This document shows positions 8,544-17,908 of a DNA stretch of 64,000 nucleotides, piece by piece (the stretch's first letter is position 1; every line of letters starts with the position of its first letter). The notes below the pieces were generated by a model. It saw only the letters and a list, made by a program, of their open reading frames with translations, had not been told where the DNA came from and did no database searches. The stretch comes from Pseudomonadota bacterium (GTDB taxonomy: Bacteria > Pseudomonadota > Gammaproteobacteria > Burkholderiales > JAKAFK01), in NCBI GenBank assembly GCA_021817985.1, contig JAKAFK010000009.1, positions 17,507-81,506 on the forward strand. The letters are read 5' to 3'. The position numbers and the translations under genes were made by a program.

Positions 8544-9263
8544 TCAATCGATGCAGCCCTGCGGTTCAGGCAGGCCCGCGATGCGGGAGCCTTGACGCGA
8601 GGGCCCGCGGGGAAACAATCGATAGAGCGATTCCCGGCTTCCCTTCTGGTCGCCCAGTTCCCGGCTCATGTGTTCCATCAAGAGACGCACCATCGGCGCG
8701 ATCCCGTAGTTGAAGTAGAAAGTGCGAAGATACCGGATCACTTCCCAATGCTCCGGGGTCAGGCGGATGCCGTCCTTCTCTGCAAGAAATTCCGCCAGAT
8801 GTTCATTCCAGTCCGACGGGTTGGCCAGATTGCCGGAGGCGGTCAGCGGATACGTCCTGCCTTCAAATTCGATCTCCGGAACCTCTTCGGGCGCCCCGGG
8901 CTTCATGGTCACGGCATGCATCTGCTCGATCTCCGCATCGAGCATCGGAATCGGCAATCCCGCGATCTTCGTTCCCTGGATCAAAACGCCATAGGGAAAC
9001 AGAGCGTCCAGATATGCGTCCGTGGCCTTCGACGCGCCCTCGGGCAGCTTCGATGCCATCTCCTTCTTGAGCAGCTTCTTGATGGGCGAAATGTTGTAGC
9101 GTTCGTAATACCCGCGCATTAGGTGGATTATTTCCCAATGCGCCGGCGTCAGCGTCAGACCATCGGCCGCCGCAAGCTGCTCGGCAAACGCGGAATTCCA
9201 CGCCGAAAGATCCTCAAGGCGGCCGTTGACGCTCAGCTTCATGGCTTGATGCGGGATAGACAT
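8544..9263 (-). CDS. tandem (two-module) TusE/DsrC-family sulfur-relay-like protein
   Basis: 239 aa with two DsrC/TusE-like repeats. Module 1: LTPAHWEIIHLMRGYYERYNISP...KIAGLPIPML. Module 2: LTPEHWEVIRYLRTFYFNYGIAP...LFPRGPSRQGSRIAGLPEPQGCID. The only Cys in the protein is on the C-terminal arm. AGGAGG lies 8 nt upstream of ATG 9263. Confidence 0.85.
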   Translation of the reverse strand: MSIPHQAMKLSVNGRLEDLSAWNSAFAEQLAAADGLTLTPAHWEIIHLMRGYYERYNISPIKKLLKKEMASKLPEGASKATDAYLDALFPYGVLIQGTKIAGLPIPMLDAEIEQMHAVTMKPGAPEEVPEIEFEGRTYPLTASGNLANPSDWNEHLAEFLAEKDGIRLTPEHWEVIRYLRTFYFNYGIAPMVRLLMEHMSRELGDQKGSRESLYRLFPRGPSRQGSRIAGLPEPQGCID

Positions 9264-9574
9264 GCCACAGCACCTCCTGCACTGTCTCTTCTCACGAACG
9301 TCCGTGGAAAATGCCCGTGGTGCGCCCGGCGGGCTTCCCGCCGCCTCGTATATCGGGGCGACCGGGCGCGAACGCGAACCATTCCGAACATCGGAACGTG
9401 GCCGCTGGCGTGCCTGACCGAGGGCTCCAGTCGGGCCGTCACCGCTTCGTGCGACAGCCTGCGCGCGAAGTCGTCCAGTCCCTCATTGCCCTAAGTATAG
9501 GCGGACGGTCACGATTCATCGTCGCGCGCTCCCCGGCGCCCGGATGGCCAGGGTGGGCGGACGCGACCAGGGCG

Positions 9575-10621
9575 TCAGCGGGCGAGCGCCCGCTCTTCGC
9601 CGTTTCGCACTGTCGCAAGGAAGCCGTCCAACAGATGCTGGAGCGCATGCGCCTCCAGATCGTGCGCGATGAAGACCATACGGCTGCGCCGCTCGTCGTC
9701 CGGCCATGCGGGCAACACCTCTGGCGGAAAAATCACCTCGGACACCGCATGCACCGCGGCGGGCCCTTCGTGCTCGCGCAGCCGAACGATGCCTTTGATG
9801 CGCAGGAAGTGCCGCGGATGCAGATCCACGAGGCGCACCAGCGCCGCCTCGAGAACGCGCCATGCAACGGGGGCCTCCCACAGCACGCTCGCGGCAAGCA
9901 GACCTTCGTTGTGCGCGGGTGCACTGCGAATCGCCACCCAGGGTCGAGCGGGCCCGGGCGCCACATCGCCCAGCCAGCGCTCGACGCCCTCCCCTTCCCG
10001 GAGAGGATGAACCGCGTCCAGCACTTTTCTCGGCTCGATGTCGCCCTGGCTCGCCGTCAGCAGGAGCGCCCCCGGATTGATGCCCTGGACACGCGCCGCC
10101 AGCCGGGCGAGGGTTTCCGGCGAAGCCAGATCGGTTTTGGTCAGAATCAGCCTGTCGGCCGCCGCCACCTGAGCACGCGCCTGGGCATAGGCGTCGAGCT
10201 GCCGCGCCCCGAGCACCGCGTCGACGGTCGTCGCCACCCAGCGCAGCTGGAATCGCGACGCCAGCCAGCGATCGCGCACGAGCGTCTTGAGGATCGGGCC
10301 GGGTTCCGCCACCCCCGTCGTTTCGATCACCACCCGCTCGAAAGGCGGGATGCGCCCTCCGGCCGCGGCCATATGAAGATTCTTGAGCGTGGGCGCGAGC
10401 GCCCCTTGCACCGTGCAGCAGATGCATCCTCCGGCCAATACGGCGAGCGGCCCCTCCGTTTTCCGCAGCAGCTGATGATCGAGCGCCATCTCGCCGAATT
10501 CGTTCATCACGACGGCGGTCCGCGGATATGCGCCGATCACGCGGTTCAAGACGGTCGTCTTGCCGCTGCCGAGGAAGCCCGTCAGGAGCGTGACGGGAAT
10601 GGAAGAGGGGCGCTCAGGCAT
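9575..10621 (-). CDS. COG0523-family G3E GTPase (CobW/ZigA/YeiR-like metallochaperone)
   Basis: 348 aa. P-loop GFLGSGKTT, the family-defining GCICCT (CxCC) motif, and a CobW C-terminal-like domain. Confidence 0.9.
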   Translation of the reverse strand: MPERPSSIPVTLLTGFLGSGKTTVLNRVIGAYPRTAVVMNEFGEMALDHQLLRKTEGPLAVLAGGCICCTVQGALAPTLKNLHMAAAGGRIPPFERVVIETTGVAEPGPILKTLVRDRWLASRFQLRWVATTVDAVLGARQLDAYAQARAQVAAADRLILTKTDLASPETLARLAARVQGINPGALLLTASQGDIEPRKVLDAVHPLREGEGVERWLGDVAPGPARPWVAIRSAPAHNEGLLAASVLWEAPVAWRVLEAALVRLVDLHPRHFLRIKGIVRLREHEGPAAVHAVSEVIFPPEVLPAWPDDERRSRMVFIAHDLEAHALQHLLDGFLATVRNGEERALAR

Positions 10622-10665
10622 GCGCGCAAACCGCCGGAACCGGCGTCAGCGGCGCCATTGCGCGC
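10622..10665 (-). terminator. nested GC hairpin between nuoN stop and the COG0523 start
   Basis: GCGCGCAA (10622-10629) pairs with TTGCGCGC (10658-10665). An inner CGCCGG/CCGGCG stem lies between them. On the minus-strand RNA a U5 run precedes rather than follows it, and the 3' arm abuts the AUG at 10621. Confidence 0.3.
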
Positions 10666-10700
10666 AAAAACATGAACAACATGCGGCGAGCCTCCCGATT

Positions 10701-12155
10701 TCAGCGTCCCGGCACGAGCCATACGGCCTGTTCGGGTCCTATGGCCGCCTGCACAAGGCCGATCACGGGACGCGGATAGATGCCGAAGCCCACCAGAAAC
10801 ACGGTCAGCGCAATGAGCGCAAGGCGCGCCGGCCATGGCGGCACCACCACCGTCTGCGCACCCACCGGCTCCCGGTACATGACGACGACGATGCGCAGAT
10901 AATAATACAGGCCGATGGCGCTGCCCACGACCAGCGCGCCGATAAGACCCCACGAAGCCCGATCCGCAGCGGCGACGATGACGTAAAACTTGGCCAGGAA
11001 GCCCAGCGTCAGCGGGATCCCTGCCAGCGCCAGGAGAACGACGGTGAAGCTCGCGGCCAGCCAAGGCTGCCGCCAGAAAAGCCCATGATATGCTTCGAGC
11101 CCCTGCTTCCCGGCATCCGCTCCAGTGCCCGACAAGACGGTCACGATGCCGAACGCCGCAAGCATCGTCGCCAGGTAGAACACCAGGTAGAACGTGACCG
11201 CCTCAATTGCCAGCGCCCCCAGCGCCAGGAAGGCGACGAGCAGGTAGCCCAGGTGCGCGATCGACGAATAGGCGAGCACGCGCTTCACATCCGGCTGAAG
11301 GAGCGCGAGCCAGTTGCCCGCAAGCATCGAAGCCACCGCGATCCAACCCAGGCCGGTCACGACCGGAATCGCGCTCCCCGCCGCCGTTTGCAGGAAATAG
11401 CGCAGCAACAGGGCGAACAACGCCCCTTTGGAGACCGTCGCAACGTAGGCGGTGACGGGCGCCGGTGCGCCCTGGTACACATCGGGCGTCCACATATGGA
11501 AAGGGACGATGGCGAGCTTGAAGCCGACCCCGATCAGCACCATGCTCAGGCCAAGGTCCATCAACGGCGAACCTGCGGACGGGGCCACGGCCCGCATCGC
11601 GGCAAACGCCAAGGTGCCCAGCTGGGCATAGATGAGCGCCATGCCGAACAACAAGAAGGCTGAGGCGGCACCGGCCAATATCAGGTATTTGAGCGCCGCC
11701 TCCACGGGCACGCGCCCGCTTTCCGGATAGGCGATCAGTGCAAAGAGGGCCATGCTCAAGAGCTCGAGCCCGAGAAAGAAGGATGCGAACTGGCTCGCCG
11801 CGACCAATGCACATGCACCCACCGTGGCCAGCAGGAGCAACAGATAGTATTCCTCCGGCCGATCGGTCCGCTGCGCCAAGTAGCCATGGGAGAACAGCAC
11901 GACCCCCAGGGTCGTCGCGAGGATCAGCCCGATGTAAAAGAGCGCATAACGGTCGACAGTAAAGAGCGGGGTCACCTGCACGGGAACCTCGGGCAATGCC
12001 CACCGCAGCGCCGCCAGCGCCGCCAGGAGACCCAAGACCGTGAGCCCGCAGGCTACGCCGTGATGCCGACGCACGGCGATGGACAGCATGACCCCCACCG
12101 CGGTCCCGGCCACGCACAGGATGGGGCTCAAGGCCGTAAAGTCCGCCGGGCTCAC
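10701..12155 (-). CDS. nuoN: NADH-quinone oxidoreductase subunit N
   Basis: 484-aa polytopic antiporter-like protein and last gene of the nuo array. Its GTG start overlaps the nuoM stop (GTGA, 12152-12155). Confidence 0.9.
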   Translation of the reverse strand: MSPADFTALSPILCVAGTAVGVMLSIAVRRHHGVACGLTVLGLLAALAALRWALPEVPVQVTPLFTVDRYALFYIGLILATTLGVVLFSHGYLAQRTDRPEEYYLLLLLATVGACALVAASQFASFFLGLELLSMALFALIAYPESGRVPVEAALKYLILAGAASAFLLFGMALIYAQLGTLAFAAMRAVAPSAGSPLMDLGLSMVLIGVGFKLAIVPFHMWTPDVYQGAPAPVTAYVATVSKGALFALLLRYFLQTAAGSAIPVVTGLGWIAVASMLAGNWLALLQPDVKRVLAYSSIAHLGYLLVAFLALGALAIEAVTFYLVFYLATMLAAFGIVTVLSGTGADAGKQGLEAYHGLFWRQPWLAASFTVVLLALAGIPLTLGFLAKFYVIVAAADRASWGLIGALVVGSAIGLYYYLRIVVVMYREPVGAQTVVVPPWPARLALIALTVFLVGFGIYPRPVIGLVQAAIGPEQAVWLVPGR

Positions 12156-13657
12156 CCTCGCCTCCCGAGCAACGGAGGGCTCACGACCAAGTGCTGCATT
12201 CCGAGGATCGCCGGACGTACCGTGTCCACCAGGCTTTGCGGATAGACCCCGATCCAGACCAGAAACACCAGCATCGCCCCCAGGACGGCAAGCTCCCGCG
12301 GCGCCAAATCAGGCAGAGCCAGCTCCGGCCGGCGCGGCCCGTGAAAAACCCGCTGCACCAGCAACAGGGCGTACGCGGCAGAGGCCACGAGCCCGAACGC
12401 GGCGATGGCGGCAAGCCATGCGTTCGCCTGATAGGCGCCGAGCAGGACGAGAAACTCGCCGATGAAATTGCCCAGCCCGGGCAAGCCTAGCGATGCGATG
12501 GCGAAGAACAGGCCCATCGCCCCCATGCGCGGGGCCATCGCCCAAAATCCACCCATGCGCGGCATCTCGCGGGTATGGATACGCTCCTGCAATAGGCCGG
12601 CCAGGGCAAAGAGCGCGCCTGTGCTCAGGCCGTGCGCAATCATCTGGGTCACAGCCCCTTGGAGGGCGAGCTCGTTCCAGGCGAAGACGCCCAGAAGCAC
12701 GAAACCCAGATGGCTCACGCTGGTGTAGGCGACGAGCCGCTTCAGGTCCGTTTGCCCGAACGCCTGCACCGCGCCGTAAAGGATGCCGACGACACCCAGC
12801 GCCATGGCGATCGGGGCGAACCGGAAGGCGGCGTCCGGAAACAGCGGGAAGACGAAACGCAAGAGCCCATAGGCGCCCGTCTTCAGCAAGACGCCCGCCA
12901 GGATCACGCTGCCGGCGGTCGGCGCTTCCGTGTGGGCATCGGGCAGCCACGTATGGAACGGCACGGCCGGCAGCTTCACCAGGAACGCCGCAAGAAATCC
13001 GAGCATGAGCCAGGTGGCGGCGCTTCGCGAAAGCGGCGTGCCCAGGAGAGCAAAATAGTCGAAGGTGAGCGTCCCTGTGGCACGCCAATGGGCGAGCACG
13101 AGACCCACGATCGCGACCATCATGATGAGCCCGCTCACCTGGGTAAAGATGAAGAACTTGATCGCGGCGACGATCCGGTGCTCGTGTCCCCAGAGGGCAA
13201 TGATGAAGTACATGGGCACCAGCATGACTTCCCAGAAGAAGGCAAAGAGGAAGAGATCCACGGCCAGGAACACACCGAGCACGCCGGCCATCGTCCATAG
13301 CAGGTTGAAGTGGAAGAACCCGATCCGCTCGGTGATCTCGCGCCAGGAGACGAGCACGGACACCAGGCCGAGAAACAAGGTGAGCAGGATCATGACGAGG
13401 CTCAAGCCATCCATCGCCAGATGGAAGGAAATCCCGAAGCGGGGAATCCAGGGGAAGGCCACGTTGACGAAGAAGGCGCCGATGCGGGTCACCGCCGCCG
13501 TCCGCGCGGGCCCCACGGCCAGCCCGAGCGCCAGCGCGAAGTCGGTCGCCAGCGCCGCAATCGCCACCCAGGCGGAGGCGTGGCGGTGGAGCGGTGCGAC
13601 CAGCCAGGCCGCGATTCCGCCAACCAGCATGATGACGATGAGCCAGAGCGCGATCAT
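12152..13657 (-). CDS. nuoM: NADH-quinone oxidoreductase subunit M
   Basis: Uses frame 12152..13828. Start placed at ATG 13657 (MIALWLIVIMLVGG...), which overlaps the nuoL stop as ATGA. Contains the ND4-type motif HTWLPDAHTEAPTAGSVILAGVLLKTG. Confidence 0.9.
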   Translation of the reverse strand: MIALWLIVIMLVGGIAAWLVAPLHRHASAWVAIAALATDFALALGLAVGPARTAAVTRIGAFFVNVAFPWIPRFGISFHLAMDGLSLVMILLTLFLGLVSVLVSWREITERIGFFHFNLLWTMAGVLGVFLAVDLFLFAFFWEVMLVPMYFIIALWGHEHRIVAAIKFFIFTQVSGLIMMVAIVGLVLAHWRATGTLTFDYFALLGTPLSRSAATWLMLGFLAAFLVKLPAVPFHTWLPDAHTEAPTAGSVILAGVLLKTGAYGLLRFVFPLFPDAAFRFAPIAMALGVVGILYGAVQAFGQTDLKRLVAYTSVSHLGFVLLGVFAWNELALQGAVTQMIAHGLSTGALFALAGLLQERIHTREMPRMGGFWAMAPRMGAMGLFFAIASLGLPGLGNFIGEFLVLLGAYQANAWLAAIAAFGLVASAAYALLLVQRVFHGPRRPELALPDLAPRELAVLGAMLVFLVWIGVYPQSLVDTVRPAILGMQHLVVSPPLLGRRG

Positions 13658-15540
13658 GAGAGCACCGCAAGCCAGAACCAGCCCATCGCGCCCAGGGCGA
13701 TGGCCATGGCATACCAGCGCACGTGACCCGTCTGCGTCCACCTCAGCAGTTGATGGAGCAAGCGGTTGCCCTCTACCACGCCATCCACGCCCGCGTCGAC
13801 AAAATCGTCGCGATTGGCGCGCGCCCACCCGGCATAAGCGCGCGCCACGACGCCCTCATAAAGCCGGTCGAATCCCCAGCCCGCGCCCCACCAGCGGGCC
13901 AGCGCGGCCCCCGCAACGGTGGATTTGACTTTCTCCACCCATTGCGGGGCGTGCAGGAACAGCAGGAAAGCGAGGAAAATGCCACCCAAGGAAGCCCCGA
14001 TCGCCGCCGTCTCCAGATCGGGCTCGATCGCCCGGACGCCGGGACGCAAGGCTTGCGCCGGCAGGACCTGGGCGAGGAAGTGCGTGAACTGTGCGCCTCC
14101 GCCGAACAGGCTCGGGATGTTCAGCAATCCGCCCACCACGGACAGGAGAGCCAGGACGCCGATGGGGACCGCCATGAGCCATCCGGGGCGCCGTCCGATC
14201 TTTGATTTCGCGGGCCCCAGGAAAACCCGGATGATCAACCGGAACGTATAGAGGCCGGTGAGGAACGCGCCTAAGAGCCCCGCCGCCCAGAACGCAGGCC
14301 CACCCAGCGGCGAGGCAAAAGCGTCCCACAAGATGAGGTCCTTGCTGTAGAAGCCCGCCGTGATGAACGGAAAAGCCGACAGCGCGGCGCCGCCGATGAG
14401 GAATGACCAGAACGTGAACGGCATCTGGCGACGCAGCCCCCCCATCCTGCCGATGTCGTGTTCGTCATGAAGCGCTTGAATGACCGCCCCGGCGGCCAGG
14501 AACAGCAACGCCTTGAAGAAGGCATGGATCATGAAGTGGAAAATGGCGGCGGACCATGCGCCGACCCCGTTGGCAAGGAACATGTACCCGATCTGGCTCA
14601 TGGTGGAATAGGCGAGCACGCGCTTGATGTCCGACTGGACGAGCGCTGCAAACGCCGACAACAGCAGCGTGACGGCGCCGATCACCGCAATGAGTCTCTC
14701 GATCGCGGGGGCGAGGGCGTACAGACCATGCAGCCGGGCCACGAGATACACGCCGGCGGTCACCATGGTCGCCGCGTGGATGAGGGCGCTCACCGGCGTG
14801 GGGCCGGCCATGGCATCGGGAAGCCATGTTTGCAGCGGCAACTGAGCGGATTTGCCGAGCGCCCCCCCAAGCAGCAGGGCACCCGCGAGCGTCGGCCAAA
14901 AGGAGCCGGGAACCCAGACGGCCTGCGCGTTGCGGACGAGGTCTTGAATGTTCAGGGTGCCCAACCGATTGAACAGCACCAGAAGACCGATCACGAAGGC
15001 CACGTCCCCCAGGCGCGTCATGATGAACGCCTTGCGCGCGGCGAGTCCATTGAGGGATTCGCCGTACCAGAAACCGATCAGCAGGTAGCTTGCGAGCCCC
15101 ACGCCTTCCCATCCCAAGAGCAGGAGCAGCAGGTTGTCCGCCAGGACCAGGATCAGCATGGCCGCGACGAAGAGGTTCATGTAGGCGAAAAAGCGGCTGT
15201 ATCCCTCATCGTCGATCATGAATTCGGCGGAGTACAGGTGAATCAGGAACCCCACGCCGGTGACGACCCCCATCGCCACCAGCGACAGCCCGTCCAGATA
15301 GAAACGCACCCGGGGCACGAATGCCGCGACCGACAGCCAGGTGTAGAGCGTCTGCGTATAGGGAGCGGCGCCGTGCCGCCAGAACCCCGTTGCGGCGACG
15401 ACGGCGGCCACCAGCGCCAGCCCCACCGACCCTACCCCGATCCACGCGACGGCCCCGCGCTTGAGCGCTCCCATGGAGAGGAAAAGGATCAGGAATCCGG
15501 CAAGCGGCAGTGCAGGGACCAGAACAAGAGCGTCACGCAT
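13654..15540 (-). CDS. nuoL: NADH-quinone oxidoreductase subunit L
   Basis: 628 aa. The ND5-type motif WLPDAMAGPTPVSALIHAATMVTAGVYL is present, along with a long C-terminal extension typical of NuoL. Confidence 0.95.
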   Translation of the reverse strand: MRDALVLVPALPLAGFLILFLSMGALKRGAVAWIGVGSVGLALVAAVVAATGFWRHGAAPYTQTLYTWLSVAAFVPRVRFYLDGLSLVAMGVVTGVGFLIHLYSAEFMIDDEGYSRFFAYMNLFVAAMLILVLADNLLLLLLGWEGVGLASYLLIGFWYGESLNGLAARKAFIMTRLGDVAFVIGLLVLFNRLGTLNIQDLVRNAQAVWVPGSFWPTLAGALLLGGALGKSAQLPLQTWLPDAMAGPTPVSALIHAATMVTAGVYLVARLHGLYALAPAIERLIAVIGAVTLLLSAFAALVQSDIKRVLAYSTMSQIGYMFLANGVGAWSAAIFHFMIHAFFKALLFLAAGAVIQALHDEHDIGRMGGLRRQMPFTFWSFLIGGAALSAFPFITAGFYSKDLILWDAFASPLGGPAFWAAGLLGAFLTGLYTFRLIIRVFLGPAKSKIGRRPGWLMAVPIGVLALLSVVGGLLNIPSLFGGGAQFTHFLAQVLPAQALRPGVRAIEPDLETAAIGASLGGIFLAFLLFLHAPQWVEKVKSTVAGAALARWWGAGWGFDRLYEGVVARAYAGWARANRDDFVDAGVDGVVEGNRLLHQLLRWTQTGHVRWYAMAIALGAMGWFWLAVLS

Positions 15541-15541
15541 G

Positions 15542-15847
15542 CTATCCCTTCAAGTCGCTGAGCGCGTCGACGTCCAGCGTGGCATGCCGGCGATCCATCT
15601 GCAGCACCAGCGCGAGACCCACCGAGACCTCGGCGGCCGCGAGCGCCAGGATCAGGATGAACATGATTTGCCCATCGGCCTGCCCCCAGCGCGCACCCGC
15701 CACGATGAAGGCAAGCCCCGCCGCGTTGAGCATGATTTCGATGGCCACCAGGACCATAATCACGTTGCGCCGCGCGAGCAGCCCGACAAGGCCGATCGCG
15801 AACAGGAGCGCGCTCACGGCGAGCCCTTCACTGAGGACGCTCGCCAT
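15542..15847 (-). CDS. nuoK: NADH-quinone oxidoreductase subunit K
   Basis: Uses frame 15542..15952. Start placed at ATG 15847 ([28 protein letters not shown]...). 101 aa, three TM helices, ND4L-like. Overlaps the nuoJ end by 20 nt. Confidence 0.9.
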   Translation of the reverse strand: MASVLSEGLAVSALLFAIGLVGLLARRNVIMVLVAIEIMLNAAGLAFIVAGARWGQADGQIMFILILALAAAEVSVGLALVLQMDRRHATLDVDALSDLKG

Positions 15848-16352
15848 CGCGTGGCCCTCCGTGCAGCGCATGCCGCCCCAGGTGAAAGGCCCCGACGAGT
15901 CCGGCCAGGAGCACCAGGGAGGCGAGCTCGACGGCCAAGGCGTACGGCCCATACAGCGTCGCGCCCACCGCCTCGGGCCCGGTCACGGCCACCCGGTAGG
16001 GTGTGTGGGCGCCCTGCCCGATCACATAGAGCGATTCGCCCAGGAGGACCAGCGCCAAGAGCCCAGGCCCGATCCAAACCCGCGGACGCAGCCACGCTTT
16101 TTCCTGGGCGAGCGCCCTCTCGCCCAGGTTGAGCATCATCACCACGAACACGAAGAGCACCATGATCGCGCCGGCATAAATGATGACTTCGAGGGCGGCC
16201 GCGAAAGGCGCGCCGAGCGTGAAGAAGAGGATCGCCACGGCGAGCAGCGAGGCGATCAGATACAGCAGCGCATGCACGACGCCGACGCGCGTGACCGCCA
16301 GAATCGTGGCCGCTACGGCCACCGCCGACGAGAGATAGAAGATAACGACCAC
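15828..16352 (-). CDS. nuoJ: NADH-quinone oxidoreductase subunit J
   Basis: Only the 3' part of ORF-track frame 15828..17345 is real. No in-frame ATG exists after the nuoI stop, so I propose GTG 16352 as the start ([51 protein letters not shown], an ND6/NuoJ signature). Confidence 0.85.
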   Translation of the reverse strand: MVVIFYLSSAVAVAATILAVTRVGVVHALLYLIASLLAVAILFFTLGAPFAAALEVIIYAGAIMVLFVFVVMMLNLGERALAQEKAWLRPRVWIGPGLLALVLLGESLYVIGQGAHTPYRVAVTGPEAVGATLYGPYALAVELASLVLLAGLVGAFHLGRHALHGGPRDGERPQ

Positions 16353-16369
16353 AGCCTTCTCCAGAGTTG

Positions 16370-16897
16370 TTACGGCCGCAAATCTTTCAAATCGGTTGGG
16401 GGCGCCTCGTTTTCCGCCTGTCCTTTGCCCTTGCCGTGAATCGCGAGCCCCGCCACCCGATAAAAGTTGTAGCCCGGATACTTGCCGGTGCCGCTGATCG
16501 TCAACTGCTCCTTTTCGTACACGAGATTGCGCCGATCGTACTCGCACATCTCGAAATCCGGCGTGAGCTGGATGGCATCGGTGGGGCAGGCCTCTTCGCA
16601 GAACCCGCAAAAGATGCAGCGGGAGAAATTGATGCGAAAATACGCCGGGTAGCGGCGCCCATATGCATCTTCGGTCGCCTGCAATGAGATGCAGTCGGGC
16701 GGACAGGCCACCGCGCACAGGTAACAGGCCACGCAACGCTCCTGCCCATCCGGGTCGCGCGAGAGGATGATGCGTCCGCGCCAGCGCGGGGGGAGACGGG
16801 GCTTCTCCTCCGGATACTGGATCGTTTCGCGCGGCCTGAAGGTGTGCCTCAGGATTTCCCACATGCTGCCCAGCGCGGTCAAAATGGGCAATTGCAC
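16370..16897 (-). CDS. nuoI: NADH-quinone oxidoreductase subunit I
   Basis: 175 aa with two 4Fe-4S ferredoxin motifs, [12 protein letters not shown] and [12 protein letters not shown]. Confidence 0.95.
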   Translation of the reverse strand: MQLPILTALGSMWEILRHTFRPRETIQYPEEKPRLPPRWRGRIILSRDPDGQERCVACYLCAVACPPDCISLQATEDAYGRRYPAYFRINFSRCIFCGFCEEACPTDAIQLTPDFEMCEYDRRNLVYEKEQLTISGTGKYPGYNFYRVAGLAIHGKGKGQAENEAPPTDLKDLRP

Positions 16898-16918
16898 CGG
16901 ATCCTCCTTGTGCCGGCT

Positions 16919-17908
16919 CTACCCGCCGCCCGCACGGGCCACCACCACGGCCCCGGTGACGGCGAGGTTCGCGAGGGCGACGGGCAGCATGACCTTCCAC
17001 CCATACGCCATGAGCTGGTCGTAGCGCGGGCGCGGGAGCGATGCCCGCAACAGGATGAAAAAGGCGATGCCCACCGCCACCTTGACCAGGAACCAGGCGA
17101 TCGGCGGCAGGCCCGGGCCGAGCCACCCGCCGAAGAACAACGTGGCAATCATCGCCGAGATCACGATGATCCCGATGTACTCGCCGACGAAGAAAAGCCC
17201 GAACTTGAGGCCGGAATACTCGGTATGGAATCCTGCGACGAGTTCGGCTTCGGCCTCCGGCAAGTCGAAGGGCAGCCGTCTCGCCTCGGCGATGCCCGCC
17301 ACGACAAACACGACCAGCCCGAAGAACTGCGGCACGCAGTACCACAGGTGCCGCTGCGCGATCACGATGCTCCGCAGATCGAAGGTGCCCGCCTCCAGCA
17401 CGACGCCCATCAGCGCGAGCCCCATGAACACTTCATAGCTTAGCATCTGGGCGGCGCCGCGCAGGGCTCCGAGCAGCGCGTACTTGTTGTTCGAAGCCCA
17501 CCCCGCCAGGATGACGCTGTAGACCCCGAGCGAGGACATGGCGAGGAAAAAGAGCAGCCCGATGTTGAGATCGCTCACCCCGATGCCGGGCGCGAGCGGC
17601 ACCACGGCAAACGCGCCAAGCGTGGACAGCACGATCACCATGGGCGCAAGAACGAACACAGGTGCGTCGGCGAAGGGGGGCACCCAGTCGTCCTTGAAGA
17701 AAATCTTGATCATGTCGGCCACGACCTGCAGCAGGCCGAAAGGGCCGACCCGGTTCGGCCCGTAGCGATCCTGCCAGAGTGCGAGCAGCCGCCGCTCGAC
17801 CCAGATGAGGCCTGCCGCGAGTCCCAGCAGGCCCACGAGGATCCCGAACGCGTTGGCGAGCCCCTGCGCAAGGCTGCTCACCGGCTTGCCTTCGCCACGG
17901 CGCCCCAT
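16919..17908 (-). CDS. nuoH: NADH-quinone oxidoreductase subunit H
   Basis: Polytopic ND1-like protein ([36 protein letters not shown]...). The track start 17908 overlaps nuoG by 31 nt. An alternative GTG at 17881 overlaps the nuoG stop as GTGA. Confidence 0.9.
   Translation of the reverse strand: MGRRGEGKPVSSLAQGLANAFGILVGLLGLAAGLIWVERRLLALWQDRYGPNRVGPFGLLQVVADMIKIFFKDDWVPPFADAPVFVLAPMVIVLSTLGAFAVVPLAPGIGVSDLNIGLLFFLAMSSLGVYSVILAGWASNNKYALLGALRGAAQMLSYEVFMGLALMGVVLEAGTFDLRSIVIAQRHLWYCVPQFFGLVVFVVAGIAEARRLPFDLPEAEAELVAGFHTEYSGLKFGLFFVGEYIGIIVISAMIATLFFGGWLGPGLPPIAWFLVKVAVGIAFFILLRASLPRPRYDQLMAYGWKVMLPVALANLAVTGAVVVARAGGG

Noticed and set aside
9311-10675. Plus-strand 454-aa ORF, plus the minus-strand 303-aa ORF 9516..10427
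   Set aside because: Both overlap the COG0523 GTPase gene, which has a clear P-loop and CxCC motif in another frame or strand. The translations are Arg/Gly/Pro-rich and motif-free.
12309-13712. Alternative-frame minus-strand 467-aa ORF inside nuoM, plus 11203..12117 inside nuoN
   Set aside because: These are out-of-frame with clearly membrane-protein-like NuoM/NuoN translations. Both are Arg/Gly/Pro-rich.
15828-17345. Minus-strand 505-aa ORF
   Set aside because: Only the 3' 175 codons are nuoJ. The upstream portion overlaps nuoI and nuoH out of frame and has no protein-like features.
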